DNA of 64,000 bases from Vicugna vicugna. Its lineage: Eukaryota. The position numbers and the translations under genes are program-made. Location: positions 16,760,337 through 16,824,336 of the forward strand of contig MU062841.1 of assembly GCA_013265495.1 (NCBI GenBank). The letters are read 5' to 3'. Positions 1 through 10,320 of this stretch are shown here, piece by piece. The notes beneath the pieces were generated by a model that saw only the letters and a program-made list of their open reading frames with translations, was not told the origin of the DNA and made no database searches. Each line of letters opens with the position of its first letter. Positions within the stretch are counted from its first letter, which is position 1.

Positions 1-449
1 CAGACACGAAGGCCCAGGGAGAAGTGACCTGATGAGGGGCAGCAGTGGCACCTCCCAGCTGAGCCGTCCAACCTGGGAGTCCCTGGACCCCTCGCTCCCT
101 CTGACCAGCTCCAGCCCATCCCCATAGCTGCTGTTTCCGGGTCCTCAGTGCCTCTCCTGTCCGCCCACCTTGGGCTCCTCCGCCACCACCTGGGTCTGAG
201 CCGCCATCACGTCTCAGACATCCCCGCCTGGCCCCCCACGTCTCCATGCCGTCACCTTTGTTGCCCCTGCCCTGGTGTCCCCAGCACGGCAAGAAAGACC
301 CTTCTAAAACGTGAACCTGACTAGTCCCCCCCCCACGGAGAACTTCAGGGGCGCCCCCACCTTCCTCCCACCGCAGGATAAATCCGCCCTCTTCGGAGCC
401 TCTTCCAGGCCAGCATCACCGGAGCGTCTGCACCACTGCGGCCCGCCAC

Positions 450-1395
450 CTCCCCGCCCCCCTCAGGCGCACCCTAGGGAACCAGCTTCCCGGAGGTCTC
501 TGAACCCGGCTCGGCCCTGAGTGTTAGCGCAGACCCTGGCCTCTGCCCCTGCTTCCTCTCCGGCCACAACCCCCTTTGCAGGGTGGCACCTGCTCGCCTT
601 TTCAGCAAGCCTTCCGGGGCGGCGGGGGTTAGCCCGCCTGCTCCGGGCTCCCAGAGTCCCCCGTGCCGGCCCGCAGCCGGGCTGCCCACCTGGTGCCCGT
701 TCCCTGCGCGTGCTCTCGGCCCCCGAGGGCTGCCTCCGCAGCAGCCCCGCAGCCCCGGCCCCCGCGCCCCTCAGGCTAGGCGGCCCGTGCGCGTTCGGAT
801 CGGGCTGTTCCTGCCCTTTGCTTTTGCTTGCCCTGCCGCTGGCCTCTGCTACTTAACAGGACTGGGGTTGGAAGGCGCCGGAAGTAACTCTCCTCCCTTC
901 CAGTCAGCTTTATCACCGATGAAAACCAGGCCGGCGGATGCGGCTTCCGGACGGACCCTCCCAGCCCCACTCGGGACGTGCGGAGGGGGCGCTGCCCCAG
1001 GACGGAGGCCGCCTGCTGGGGGCAGGGGGAGGCGAGGCGAGGTCGGAGGGCGGGCCTCCGATTGGACCAGAAGGGTCCAGGCGGCCGGCTCTGGCCCAAT
1101 CGGCTGTGGCGGGTGGGCGGGGCTTCCACGCGCAGGCGCTGCCTTCCAAGCCCCGGCCGCGCGGAGCGGAGGTGCGGCTGCAGGGAGAGGGCGCCGGGCG
1201 CGGGGAGCCGCAGCGTCCCCTTCCCGGGCGTCAGAGCCCCTCAGGTTGGTTCTTTCCGCTCGGGGCGACGCCTCGAGGAGAAGTGCTTCACCGCGACCTC
1301 CGGTTCCCAGCGTTTGCGGGGAGGGCCCGTCTGTGGTGTGGAAGCGGCCCCGCGGCCCCCCGGGATCAGGCCCCCTCTGACAAGCGCCTGGGCCT
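450..1395. promoter_or_regulatory. CpG-island promoter, probably bidirectional or minus-strand housekeeping type
   Basis: Very high CpG density. ETS CCGGAAGT 878-885 and CTTCCGG 944-950; ATTGG 1061-1065 and CCAAT 1096-1100; GC boxes 1048-1054 and 1115-1122; NRF1-like CGCGCAGGCGC 1129-1139. No recognisable coding exon. Confidence 0.8.
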
Positions 1396-1862
1396 GTGGC
1401 GGGGATTTGTGATCGATGGCCAGACATCCGTCCTCCCGCTCTTCCGTAGTTAACAGAACCCCCAGTTTGGGCCGAGCGTGCTGCAACCCGGATAAAAGAT
1501 CCGATTTCCCAGCCTCCCTGGTAGCATGGTCAGGTTCTGGCGGATGAAAGCACATGTGGCACTCCGGGAAATCAGCGCAGAAGACAAGGGCCTATGCCTT
1601 CCCTTCCGCCCTTCCTCCTGCTTGGAACACGGGTCTGGTGGCTGCAAGTTCAGCAGCCACCTTGGACCAGGAAGACAGAAGGCACATTCTGAAGGTGGTG
1701 GAGAAGAAAGATTGCAGTTTGGCTCCTGATACAATCACAGAGCTTCCACCTCGGCCCCCAGCTGTCTCCCCAGACTTCTTTTAGTTATGAGAGAGTGAAG
1801 AAATGTTGATCTCGCTTTGAGCTACTGCTGTTTTCCCATCGTATGCAGTTGAATCTAATCCG
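1395..1862 (+). mobile_element. MaLR solo LTR, MLT1J-like, near full length
   Basis: Begins TGTGGC and is colinear with the recalled MLT1J consensus (taacagaacccc, aaaaga..atttcccagcctccct, cagcagccaccttggacc, gacttctttta..tgagaga, ctaatcc). Confidence 0.75.
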
Positions 1863-1934
1863 AGGGAACACAGAACCACAAGATTCAGAGAACCCTTGAG
1901 AGGAGGCTCGCAGAAGTCCATGACCTGCAGCTGG

Positions 1935-2195
1935 GAACAACTGAACTTGAGAGCATGTCGCAGAGGAAATCATGAGGGAGGTACGGTAGGTGTCGAAACT
2001 GTATCCACTGGGGTGTAGTGGATAAACTGGGAATGTTCAGGCCAAAGATGAGCAGGTCTAGGGAATACATGTATGGAGGGGCAGTTCCAAAGAAGAGGGA
2101 TGAAGCTCCTGGGGGTGGTCTAGAGCATAGAAATTGCCTTGAGGCAGACTTCCTCACCAACTTTCTGATAGCAGACTAGCTTAGAGATGGAACAG
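1935..2195 (+). mobile_element. L3/CR1 LINE fossil, ORF2 3' end
   Basis: aaactgggaatgttcagg..gatgagcaggtctaggg..gaagagggat..aactttctga matches the recalled L3 C-terminal region. Confidence 0.6.
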
Positions 2196-2214
2196 GTGTG
2201 TAAGCCCAGAGTGG

Positions 2215-2706
2215 ATGTTGCAGCAGTCCACCAGAAGCAGATCCAATAGGAGGTACACAGAAAGAGATTTGTTACAAGAGATCCGCTCACATTGTTACGG
2301 AGGCTGAGAAGTCCCACAGTCTGCAAGCCGGAGACCCAGGAAGGCCAGTAGTGAAGTTCCAGTTCAGACTCCAAGGCCTGACAATTGGGAGAGCAATGGT
2401 GTGAGTCCCAGTTCATGCCTGAAGGCCTGAGAACCAGGAACGCGGATGCCCACGGGCAGGAGAAGATGGACGTCCCAGCTCCAGCAGGGAGAATGAATTT
2501 GTTCTTCTGCACCGTCCTGTTCTCTCAGGCCCTCCAGGGGTGGGATGGTGCCCCCCCCATCGGTGAGCGTCTCCTCTTTACTCAGTCTGCTGATGTAAAT
2601 GCTAGTTTCTTCCAGAAACGCCCTCACAGACACACTAGAAGGAATGTTTTACGAGCTCCCTGGGCATCCCTTAGCGCAGTCAAGTTGACACGAAAAATTA
2701 CCCATC
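2215..2706 (-). mobile_element. ERVL solo LTR, MLT2-like
   Basis: gaggctgagaagtcccac..gaaggcctgagaaccagg..gccctcacagacacac..gggcatcccttagc..gtcaagttgacac..aaaatta.ccatca is the reverse complement of the MLT2 5' end. Confidence 0.8.
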
Positions 2707-2859
2707 AGTTTTTGAACTGGTAATATTTGATTAGATGATGCGATTCTAAGAAAAATTAGAGAAGGCTTCTGCCGGAAGTTGGGACTTTGGGCTAGAATTC
2801 CCAGTGTCCAATGCATCTCACTATGTCTAGAAACTGGGAACAGTGCAAGCCACACCGTG

Positions 2860-2910
2860 GGTGCTCAGTACACCTTTGTGGAGTGAATGAAGGCACGAAT
2901 GAATACGAAC
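2860..2910 (+). mobile_element. L2 3' end fragment
   Basis: gtgggtgctcagtacacctttgtggagtgaatgaa..gaatgaat resembles the L2 tail. Confidence 0.45.
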
Positions 2911-4149
2911 ACTGCCTATAGACCAATTTCTATATTGATCCAAGCAAAAGAAAGAGCAGAGAATTTTGATTGAAAGAAAATCTGAAGACTTGTCTCTACA
3001 CTTGAGCCAAAATGCCGTTGACATTGCTATGCACTGAAAATCCCATGAAGGCATAACTTAAAGACATCCCTGTCCCCCAGAAGGCCACCGTCCCATGGTA
3101 CATTTGGGGACAGGCATCGCCCTCGGACCTGCTCTTGGGGGGCCTGTGGGAAGGCTGTTTTCTCCATGCCTGTGGGGGTCACTGCTGACAGCAGCTGGAC
3201 TTCTGTCCTCCACGTGGTCCTGCTCCTGTCACCATGGCCTACGTGGAGGGGTGAGCATGGGAGCCACACTTCCTGGCACCCTTCTAGCCCTAATTCTGCC
3301 AAGGCAGTAAGGAGTGGGGCTGGGGACATCTGGAAGGAATCATAACGTAGGAGAAAACACTGAGGGCCCAGGTTAAATATGACTCACCCCCCGGAAGAAG
3401 TCTCCAGCAGCAGTGGAGCAGGTGGCTCTGCCAGAGCCACACCTGGGGGCGCCCCTCTGGCTCCGTCTTCACACCTGAACCCCAGCGTCTTCCTCTCCTC
3501 TAGCAGTGCTGCTTTCTTCCTGGAAGTCTCCGTGAGGTGACTCTCCAGTTAAGGGAACCCTGTCTGTTACCCACGGGGGCGCGACTTGCCTCCTGATGAC
3601 CCCCATCCCTACCAGACAAAGGGCAGGACAGCGTCCTTCCCCAGCGAGCCTCTACGAAAGTCCGCGGGGTCCGATTTACAGTGACACTGAACTGACTCTG
3701 AGTGGAGGGTGGGGACAGTGGGATCGTCTCTGGGGGCCTGGTGCTTCCAGCAGGCTCCCCCTGGACCTCCCCACCTCCCCACTCACACACAACCCCCTTG
3801 GAGGCACCGGCAGTGACCTCCAGGGACGCAGAGTCCAGACCTGTAAAAAGGCAGGGACTTTTTTCCCTGAACGTTCCCTGCCACCTGGGGAGAGCAGAGT
3901 GGTGCCCGGTCCCCTTCGTGCACCTTATGCTTCCAGACCATCCTTGGAGGACAGCCACAGTGCAGGGGACGGGCCCACTGCCTTCGCTGCCTTCACACAG
4001 CAGAGGTAGCAAAAGCTTTGAAACCCCCGTTCCTCTCCCTGGCAGGGTGCCCCCACCCTAAGCTCTGAAAGCAGCAGGGAGGCAGGGGGAGGATTTACGG
4101 CCTTTCTGCACGAGGCGCCCCTCAGCTAGAGTGCTGGTTCTTACTATTA

Positions 4150-4540
4150 CAGATGCATGAGGTATACTAGGGGTCGTGATTTATGGGACGACAGCAAGAT
4201 TTCATCTGGAATAGTTTCCTTGTATTCAGAGAAGAAAAAGTAGCTGACCCGTGCCTTTCTGCAGCCCTTCCCTAATTCCAGCACAATCACTCTGGGAAAA
4301 ATGATCAATTTCTTCACAAAAACCCTTTGCTGCGGCAGCCAGGGCTTTAGCAAGCTCGGAGCATCGCACGAGGCATCTGGTTTTTCCCTTTCCATTATTC
4401 AGGCACTCTCTGCATTGTGGAGGGCTGAATGAGGCAAAATCATAATGCACGTGCTTTTATCTCAAGGGTTGGTATTTTTAGTATGGAAGCCAGGCTAAAT
4501 GAAATTAAAGAAAAAATAAAAAGGAAGGGAAAATATATGG
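4150..4540. promoter_or_regulatory. Candidate enhancer or conserved non-coding element (AT-rich, non-repeat)
   Basis: TGATTTATGG 4177-4186, ATCAAT 4304-4309, CACGTG 4448-4453 and other homeodomain-type words. Confidence 0.35.
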
Positions 4541-4609
4541 AGGCTTAGCTCACTGGCTGAGGTTACGCACGCATTCTTCAGTTCTGAGTCTCCGTGGGAT
4601 GGTTCTTGT

Positions 4610-4637
4610 GGGTTTGGGGTGGGGGTGGGGGGCAGGG
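4610..4637 (+). other. Potential G-quadruplex
   Basis: GGG-TTT-GGGG-T-GGGGG-T-GGGGGG-CA-GGG. Confidence 0.55.
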
Positions 4638-4847
4638 CTCATTTCAGGGCAGAGGGAACCATGGAGATGGGGCCACCGCCATGTCCTTGAGGAAAGGCCA
4701 GCTGCCAGGGCTGGCCTGACTCATCCCTGGGACAGAGGGCAGGGACCCCCAGTTTCCAAGCCCCACTATGTGGCCGGCCCTGTCCTGGGCACCTACAAGT
4801 GCAGAGTCTCATTGACTCTAGGGAGGGACCCTCTGAGGCAGGTCCCT

Positions 4848-4920
4848 TCACTCCCATTTTACAGGTGGTAAGACTGGAGCCCAGAAGCACACCTTGACTT
4901 GCCCAGGTCGCTCGGCCAGA
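4848..4920 (-). mobile_element. MIR fragment
   Basis: cccattttacagg..gacttgcccaggtc is the reverse complement of the MIR core. Confidence 0.55.
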
Positions 4921-5519
4921 AGCAGCAAAGCTGGAAGCTGAGCTCCAGTGTCTGGTGGGAGTCCTTGCTCCTGTCCTGTCCCTGCCACCACTTCTGGGGA
5001 GCGCTTGCGTCCAGGATGGGGACAGTTGAGCTGGTCACTACCCCCATTTCCCTCCATGCCGGAATCCTGTTTTTCTGTATTAATAGGAGGCCTTAGTCCA
5101 AGCAGTTCCTAAAAAAATAATTAAAAGCACTGACAGCCTGGGACACTGGGACAGCCTGGAGCTGGGTCAGCGCAGTCTGGGGCCGGTTGAGGGGCAGGAA
5201 GTTGGGGCCCCTAAACTCAGGCCTCAAGACGACGCTGACGCAGCTTTAGGGACCCCGGCAGGCGGCCTCCTCGCCGTCCCCACGGTCCGAATTTCAGGCC
5301 GCTCCGGAGGTGGGCAGAGTCCAGCTGAAAGCAGCATCAGCCTGCAGATCAGAGCATGACCGCAGTCCCTCCAGGCTGTGCTGAGGCAGCCGGTGTGAGG
5401 CGGGCCAGGAGACTCTGCTCAGCCCTGGGAGTCTCGCCCAGTCGGAGGGCAGGCCTGTGGCCTGGGGGCCAGCTCGCATGAGCCGTCTCTCCGCCTGGAG
5501 TCAGGGCGACATTTCCTGG

Positions 5520-5600
5520 CGCTGCAGTGTAGCGTAGAAGGAGGCCGACAGACCTAGGTTCAAGCCTCTGTGCTGCCCTCAGTGTGACCTGGGAGGTTAC
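5520..5600 (+). mobile_element. MIR fragment (degraded)
   Basis: agacctaggttcaagcc..gtgtgacctggga.gtta. Confidence 0.4.
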
Positions 5601-6720
5601 CCAGCCTCCCGGGGCTCCGGCGCCCTGTCCCGAGGAGGGCGAAGGCAGCCCCCCGGGATCGCCGTCGCGGAGCCCCGCCGCCCGCCCTCCGGGAGCGCAG
5701 GGGCGGCGGCCTGAGCCCCGGCCTGGGCAGTAGCTGTCACGTTCCCACGACCGTCGCCTGCTGTCCCCAGGCTCACTTTACAGCGAGGCAGCTCGGCTGT
5801 GACTTGTTGAGGTCGCACAGCTGGCCGACAGCAGGGCTCCTCGCCGGGGCCGGGGTGCCCAGAGAGCCCTCCGACCCACGCGCCCCCCTCGGGGCGCCCC
5901 GCACGCGGCCGGGTTAACCCTCCCTCTCCAGCCCGTCTTGGCCACGGAGAGCGCTGTGCGCCTGCGCACGTGTGTGCGTTTCTTCCGTGTTGAGAGTGAG
6001 GGGCGAGGTGCGGGGTGGGCCTCCGAAGGTGCCCCAGGAGTCGACTTTCTGTTGCTCCCCAGGCAAGTGGCTGAGCGCCCCGGGGCCCCCTTCTCCTGGT
6101 CTGAGGGGGGCGGGAGAGCGGCCGCCAGGCCCTCGCCTGCGCAGACCGTGCTCCTGAGGCGGGCCCGTCTCCCTCCGGCCGGCGACGGCGGGCTCTGGAA
6201 CTGTCCTCGCTGTCTGGGGCGATGCGCTGCTCTTCCAGCAAGACTGGACTCTCCCGCGGGCGGGAAGCCACGCCTGAGACTTCGCTGCGCCCCCAGGGCT
6301 ATCCTGGGCACGCGGCCGAGCGCCCCCAGGGCCCCCGCGAGCCCTCAGAGCGCAGTGGTGCGTGCGTGTGTGCGTGCGCGTGTGCGTGTATGTGCGTGTG
6401 TACGTGCGCGCGCGGGGCTGCGTTCCCGCGTTCCTCGCTGGGAGAGCAGGGTTTCCGGGACCGCCCAGGCTCGCCGCGGCCCTCCTGGCGGCTGACCTCC
6501 TCCGACCCTCGTGCCTCCCGCCAGGCGCGCCGGAGCAGGCGTCGCCACCGTCACGCTGCAGGCGAAGCGCACGCTCGGGGAGGCCACGTGACTTCCCAGC
6601 CAGCTCCGTCTCGCCGGCCTGCGCCCCGCCGCGCGGTGCTAAACTCTGCACACTCGCGTGGAGACGGTTCTCGGGAAGACTTAGACTCAGCGCAGGAGTC
6701 TCAGCCCGAGCTCACTGACG
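5600..6720. promoter_or_regulatory. Second CpG island, promoter-like
   Basis: Dense CpG; NRF1 TGCGCCTGCGCA 5957-5968; E-boxes CACGTG 5967-5972 and USF-type GGCCACGTGAC 6582-6592. Confidence 0.75.
6358..6414. repeat. 57-bp perfect alternating purine/pyrimidine tract (GT/GC mixed), Z-DNA candidate
   Basis: GTGCGTGCGTGTGTGCGTGCGCGTGTGCGTGTATGTGCGTGTGTACGTGCGCGCGCG, checked base by base. Confidence 0.9.
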
Positions 6721-6841
6721 GTCTGAGTCTGGTTACAATTCATGGACTCACGCTCTTTTTTCTTAGGGAGAGAATCCGTATCTTTTACCAGATTTGGCCT
6801 TGGTCTGTGAACCAAAAAACGTTTAAGAAATGGTTCCCTTG

Positions 6842-7009
6842 AGCAGTGCTGTCCAGTAGAACTTTCTGCAGTGAAGGAAATGTTCTGTACCTGTGCTGTC
6901 CGCTGCGGTGATCACCAACCACTGGTGGCTGCTGAGCACTTGAAATGGAGTTAGTGCAAGTGAGGAACTGAAGTTTTAATTGTATTTATATTAGTTAATT
7001 TAGATTTAA
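6842..7009. mobile_element. MER3-like hAT-Charlie DNA transposon, left part
   Basis: cagtgctgtccagtagaactttctgc..gagcacttgaaat..gaggaactgaa matches recalled MER3; it resumes at 7510. Confidence 0.85.
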
Positions 7010-7509
7010 CTTGTTTTTAATTTACCAAACTTTTTTTAAATTGCAGTATAGTGGATTTACAATGTTGTTTAGTCTCTGGTGTACAGCATAGTGATTCAGT
7101 TTACACACATATATATTCGTTTTCAGATTCTTTACCATTATAGATTCTTGCAAGCTATTGAATATGGTTCCCTGTGCTGTACAGTAGGACCTTGCTATTT
7201 ATCTATTTTGTATGTAGTAGTTTGTATCCGCTCATCCCAAACTCCTAATTTTTCCCTTTTCCCCCTTCCCCTTTGGTAGCCATAACTTTGTTTTCTATGT
7301 CTGTGAGTCTATTTCTGTTTTGTAAGTAAGTTCACTTACATCATTTTTTTTTAGATTCCACATATAAGTGATAGCATATGGTATTTGTCCTTCTCTGTCT
7401 GACTTACTTCACTTAGAATGATAACCTCTAGGTGCATCCGTGTTGCTACAAATGGCGTTATTTCATTCTTGTTTAGGTTGCTACTATGTCTTAGCTACTG
7501 TAAATGGTG
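7010..7509 (-). mobile_element. 5'-truncated L1 3'UTR (cetartiodactyl type) inserted in MER3
   Basis: gatttacaatgttg..ggtgtacagca..gttccctgtgct..gattccacatataagtgata is the typical antisense L1 end; flanked by TAGATTT(AA) at 7001 and 7510. Confidence 0.85.
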
Positions 7510-7565
7510 TAGATTTAAATTTTAAACAGTCACATGTGGCTGGTGGCTACCATATTGGACTGTGA
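7510..7565. mobile_element. MER3-like element, right part
   Basis: aaacagtcacatgtggctggtggctaccatattggac is the MER3 terminus. Confidence 0.8.
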
Positions 7566-9564
7566 AGCCTGAGATGATAAAAATTCAGTGGTAGAATTTT
7601 AGACATTTTGGAGAGGTGGCATTTTAGGGACTCTTATGAGCAGGAATTTCTCAGAGTCTCTAAAATCTGAAAAACTCATCCATCCATCCACTGGGGCATG
7701 CGTGCACACATCCATCCATCCATCCTCCGCTCGGGCACACATGCACACATTCACCAGCACTGACAACGGCTGCACAGCCACCGCACCTGCAGCACAGTGG
7801 GAAGACAACACATGGCGACTAAAGCGGTTCTTGCAGTTCACTGGGGGCCAGTGGATCTGCCCGGGATGTTCAGGGGGGTCTCTTTGGGGGCAGCTCATAT
7901 TTAAGAGCAGTTCCACCCTGTTCTATAGTCTGAGCCTCATGACACTGGGCAATCTTGTGAGCAAGAGAACGTTTCTTCCACTTGGAAGGCTGCTTGGTCC
8001 CAGGTGATGAAGAAGGAGTATGTGTGTGAGGGGACTGCAAAGTGGAAGAGCCTGGGGGTGTCTCCTGGGTGATCAGATTGAGTTTGTAAACGGAAATTTC
8101 ATCGTTAACTTTATGAGGCAACCTTTGGGAACCTGGGGAACTTGGCATCTGGCTTTCATTGATTTTTAGTCTTTTCTTGCAGGTTATCACCAGCTCACCT
8201 ACTCCCGGGATCATGCTGAGGATCAATTAGCTGTTGTGGATAACGGTCTTATAGCAGGGCCTGTTGCACACTTATTACTGCTCTTGGGAGCGCCCAGGAA
8301 GCGTTGGAGCGGTCGGTGCTCAGTACCTTTCTGGGGAATGAAGGACTGAGGTTGCTAAGGACACAAATTTAAAAAGCATCAAGCAGACCCAGACGAAAGG
8401 CAAAGGTCAAGGGCTGCGCAGCCTTTGCTTCCTACGAAATGGCCCAGTGCCATGACCAAGGCCATCCGGTCTCTGCAGGCCCAGCAAAGGAAGGCTCCAG
8501 CTATGGGCTTTGTGAACAGGCGGGCCTGTGTGGATTTGCCGTCACGGCGCCGTGGCCCCTGCTCAGGGCCGCGGTTTCTCACGTGGGCGTGGGCCAGACA
8601 CTGCTTGAGACCTGCCCCGGCTGCACTGATCTGAGTACTTGCCGCCTGCCTCCAGCGGGGCCTTTCCAGCCCAGAGGCATAGTGACAGCATCCATCCTCC
8701 AGCCAAGGGGGCTCCACCATGTGAACTTACTCAGAGACCGGAATTTGGGTCCAAATGACCCATTTTGCAACAGCTGAAGAATTTCCAGTTGTGTCTGAGA
8801 ACGAGCGTGAAGCCCAGCAGTGGGGTGGCACTGGAGGACAGCTGCAAGTGAGTTCTGGGGGCGCTCTCGGGTCACCAGGGGAGGGCGTGGGCCGGCGTCC
8901 ACAGAAATAGATGGAACAACCCCACAGGGCCCAAAGCACGCACTGTAGAATCGTTAAACTTAGTTCGGGTGAATAACCCCTTTTGTGTCTGGCTGCCATT
9001 AAGCTGGACACGGCCGTGACTCCCCTCTGCCGGCTGCCTGCAGCCCTCAATGTGGCCTTTGTCTTGTCAGCACAGAGCCCTCTGGCCTCCAATTCTTCTG
9101 TTCCGATTAAAATGCCAGAGTGGGTCTCCAGGTCGCCACTGGTTCTCTGTCCTCTGAGAAGAGGAGGGACGGTGGAAAGCAGGCCAGGTTGTCCAGAGGC
9201 GCGGCGGTGTCTCCAGGTAGGAAGGCGGGGGAGGGTGAGGGGGAGGGCGTTTCTAGAAGACTCTGTTCCACACGCTCCTGGGGAGCGAGGTTTCCGTGCT
9301 CGGTGGGGGGGGGGCTCAGCTGCGGAGAGGAATGTGTGCTGGCATCTCCTGGAATGACCTCAGTCTCGGAAGGAGTCCTTCCAAGCTGGATGTTTCTGAA
9401 GAGTGATGACCCCGGGCCGCCTGCCCGCACAGCGGGGGGGTCTTGCTCACCCTCTCTCTCCTCCTCTGGCGGGTCTAACACAAGTAGGGAGGTGAGGGAG
9501 CTCGAAACTGGGAGTTGGCCAGACCTGCTGGCTCAGCCACAGGAATTCCTGGTTAGGGAGCGTC

Positions 9565-9680
9565 AGGCAAGTGTGCTCATCTCTCTGAGCCTTGGTTTCC
9601 TTAGCTGTAAAATGGGATGAGTCAGTCTATCCCACAGAATCATTGGTGGATGACAAGACTGTATAGGAAAGAAGTTACAT
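9565..9680 (+). mobile_element. MIR fragment
   Basis: ctctctgagccttggtttccttagctgtaaaatggg. Confidence 0.7.
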
Positions 9681-10164
9681 TAAGAAGAGTGGAGTGTTCA
9701 CCATCATTATTTAGTGCCTTTATTCAGCATTAAGGCTTCGAGATCCCCAGTGGATTCCTCCCATCTCGGTTTTCTCAAAGAACCTTTTCACCTTCAAATC
9801 TGACCTCCAGACAACTGGTGTGTTTTACTCCAAGAGCTGCTGGTTTTAAGCCATTGTTTCTGCATTCAGCTTTGGCAATGCACCGTCCTGTGCCATCTGA
9901 TACCTGCTCCCAAGCTCTCCCTCTCAAGGTCAGGGAGTCAGGGGAGGCACAGAGATGGCCAAGGAGACCTCACAGCGGAATTCGACGGAGCTGCAGACGT
10001 GGTCTGTCGGACGTGGTCCATGACACGTCCTGTGTGAAGCAGGGGCCATGGGGGAGGAGACGTCCAGGGGTTTCTAGGGGGCCCAGCCAAGGAGAGAATC
10101 CGGGCTCGCCCCACTCCGTCCCGTGCCTGGGAAGTCACGTGATCTGGAGGCAGGCGTCAGTGCC

Positions 10165-10320
10165 GGGCCAGTCGTTCCAAAGGCCGGAGCCGATCAGAAT
10201 TCTGGTGCTTGTCACCCACTCTCATCTGCAGGCACCTCTTCCAGACCTCCTGAATCAGGATCTGCCAAAATGTGGTTTTATAAGGGCCTTTGGGGACTTC
10301 CAGATTGTTGCATCTCAGTC
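10165..10320. mobile_element. MER5-like hAT fragment
   Basis: atcagaattc..ccagacctcctgaatcaggatct..ttttataag. Confidence 0.5.

Noticed and set aside
583-1453. Overlapping ORFs in the first CpG island (and 5597-6842 in the second)
   Set aside because: All six frames are open, R/P/G/A-rich, with non-ATG or poor starts: typical island artefacts.
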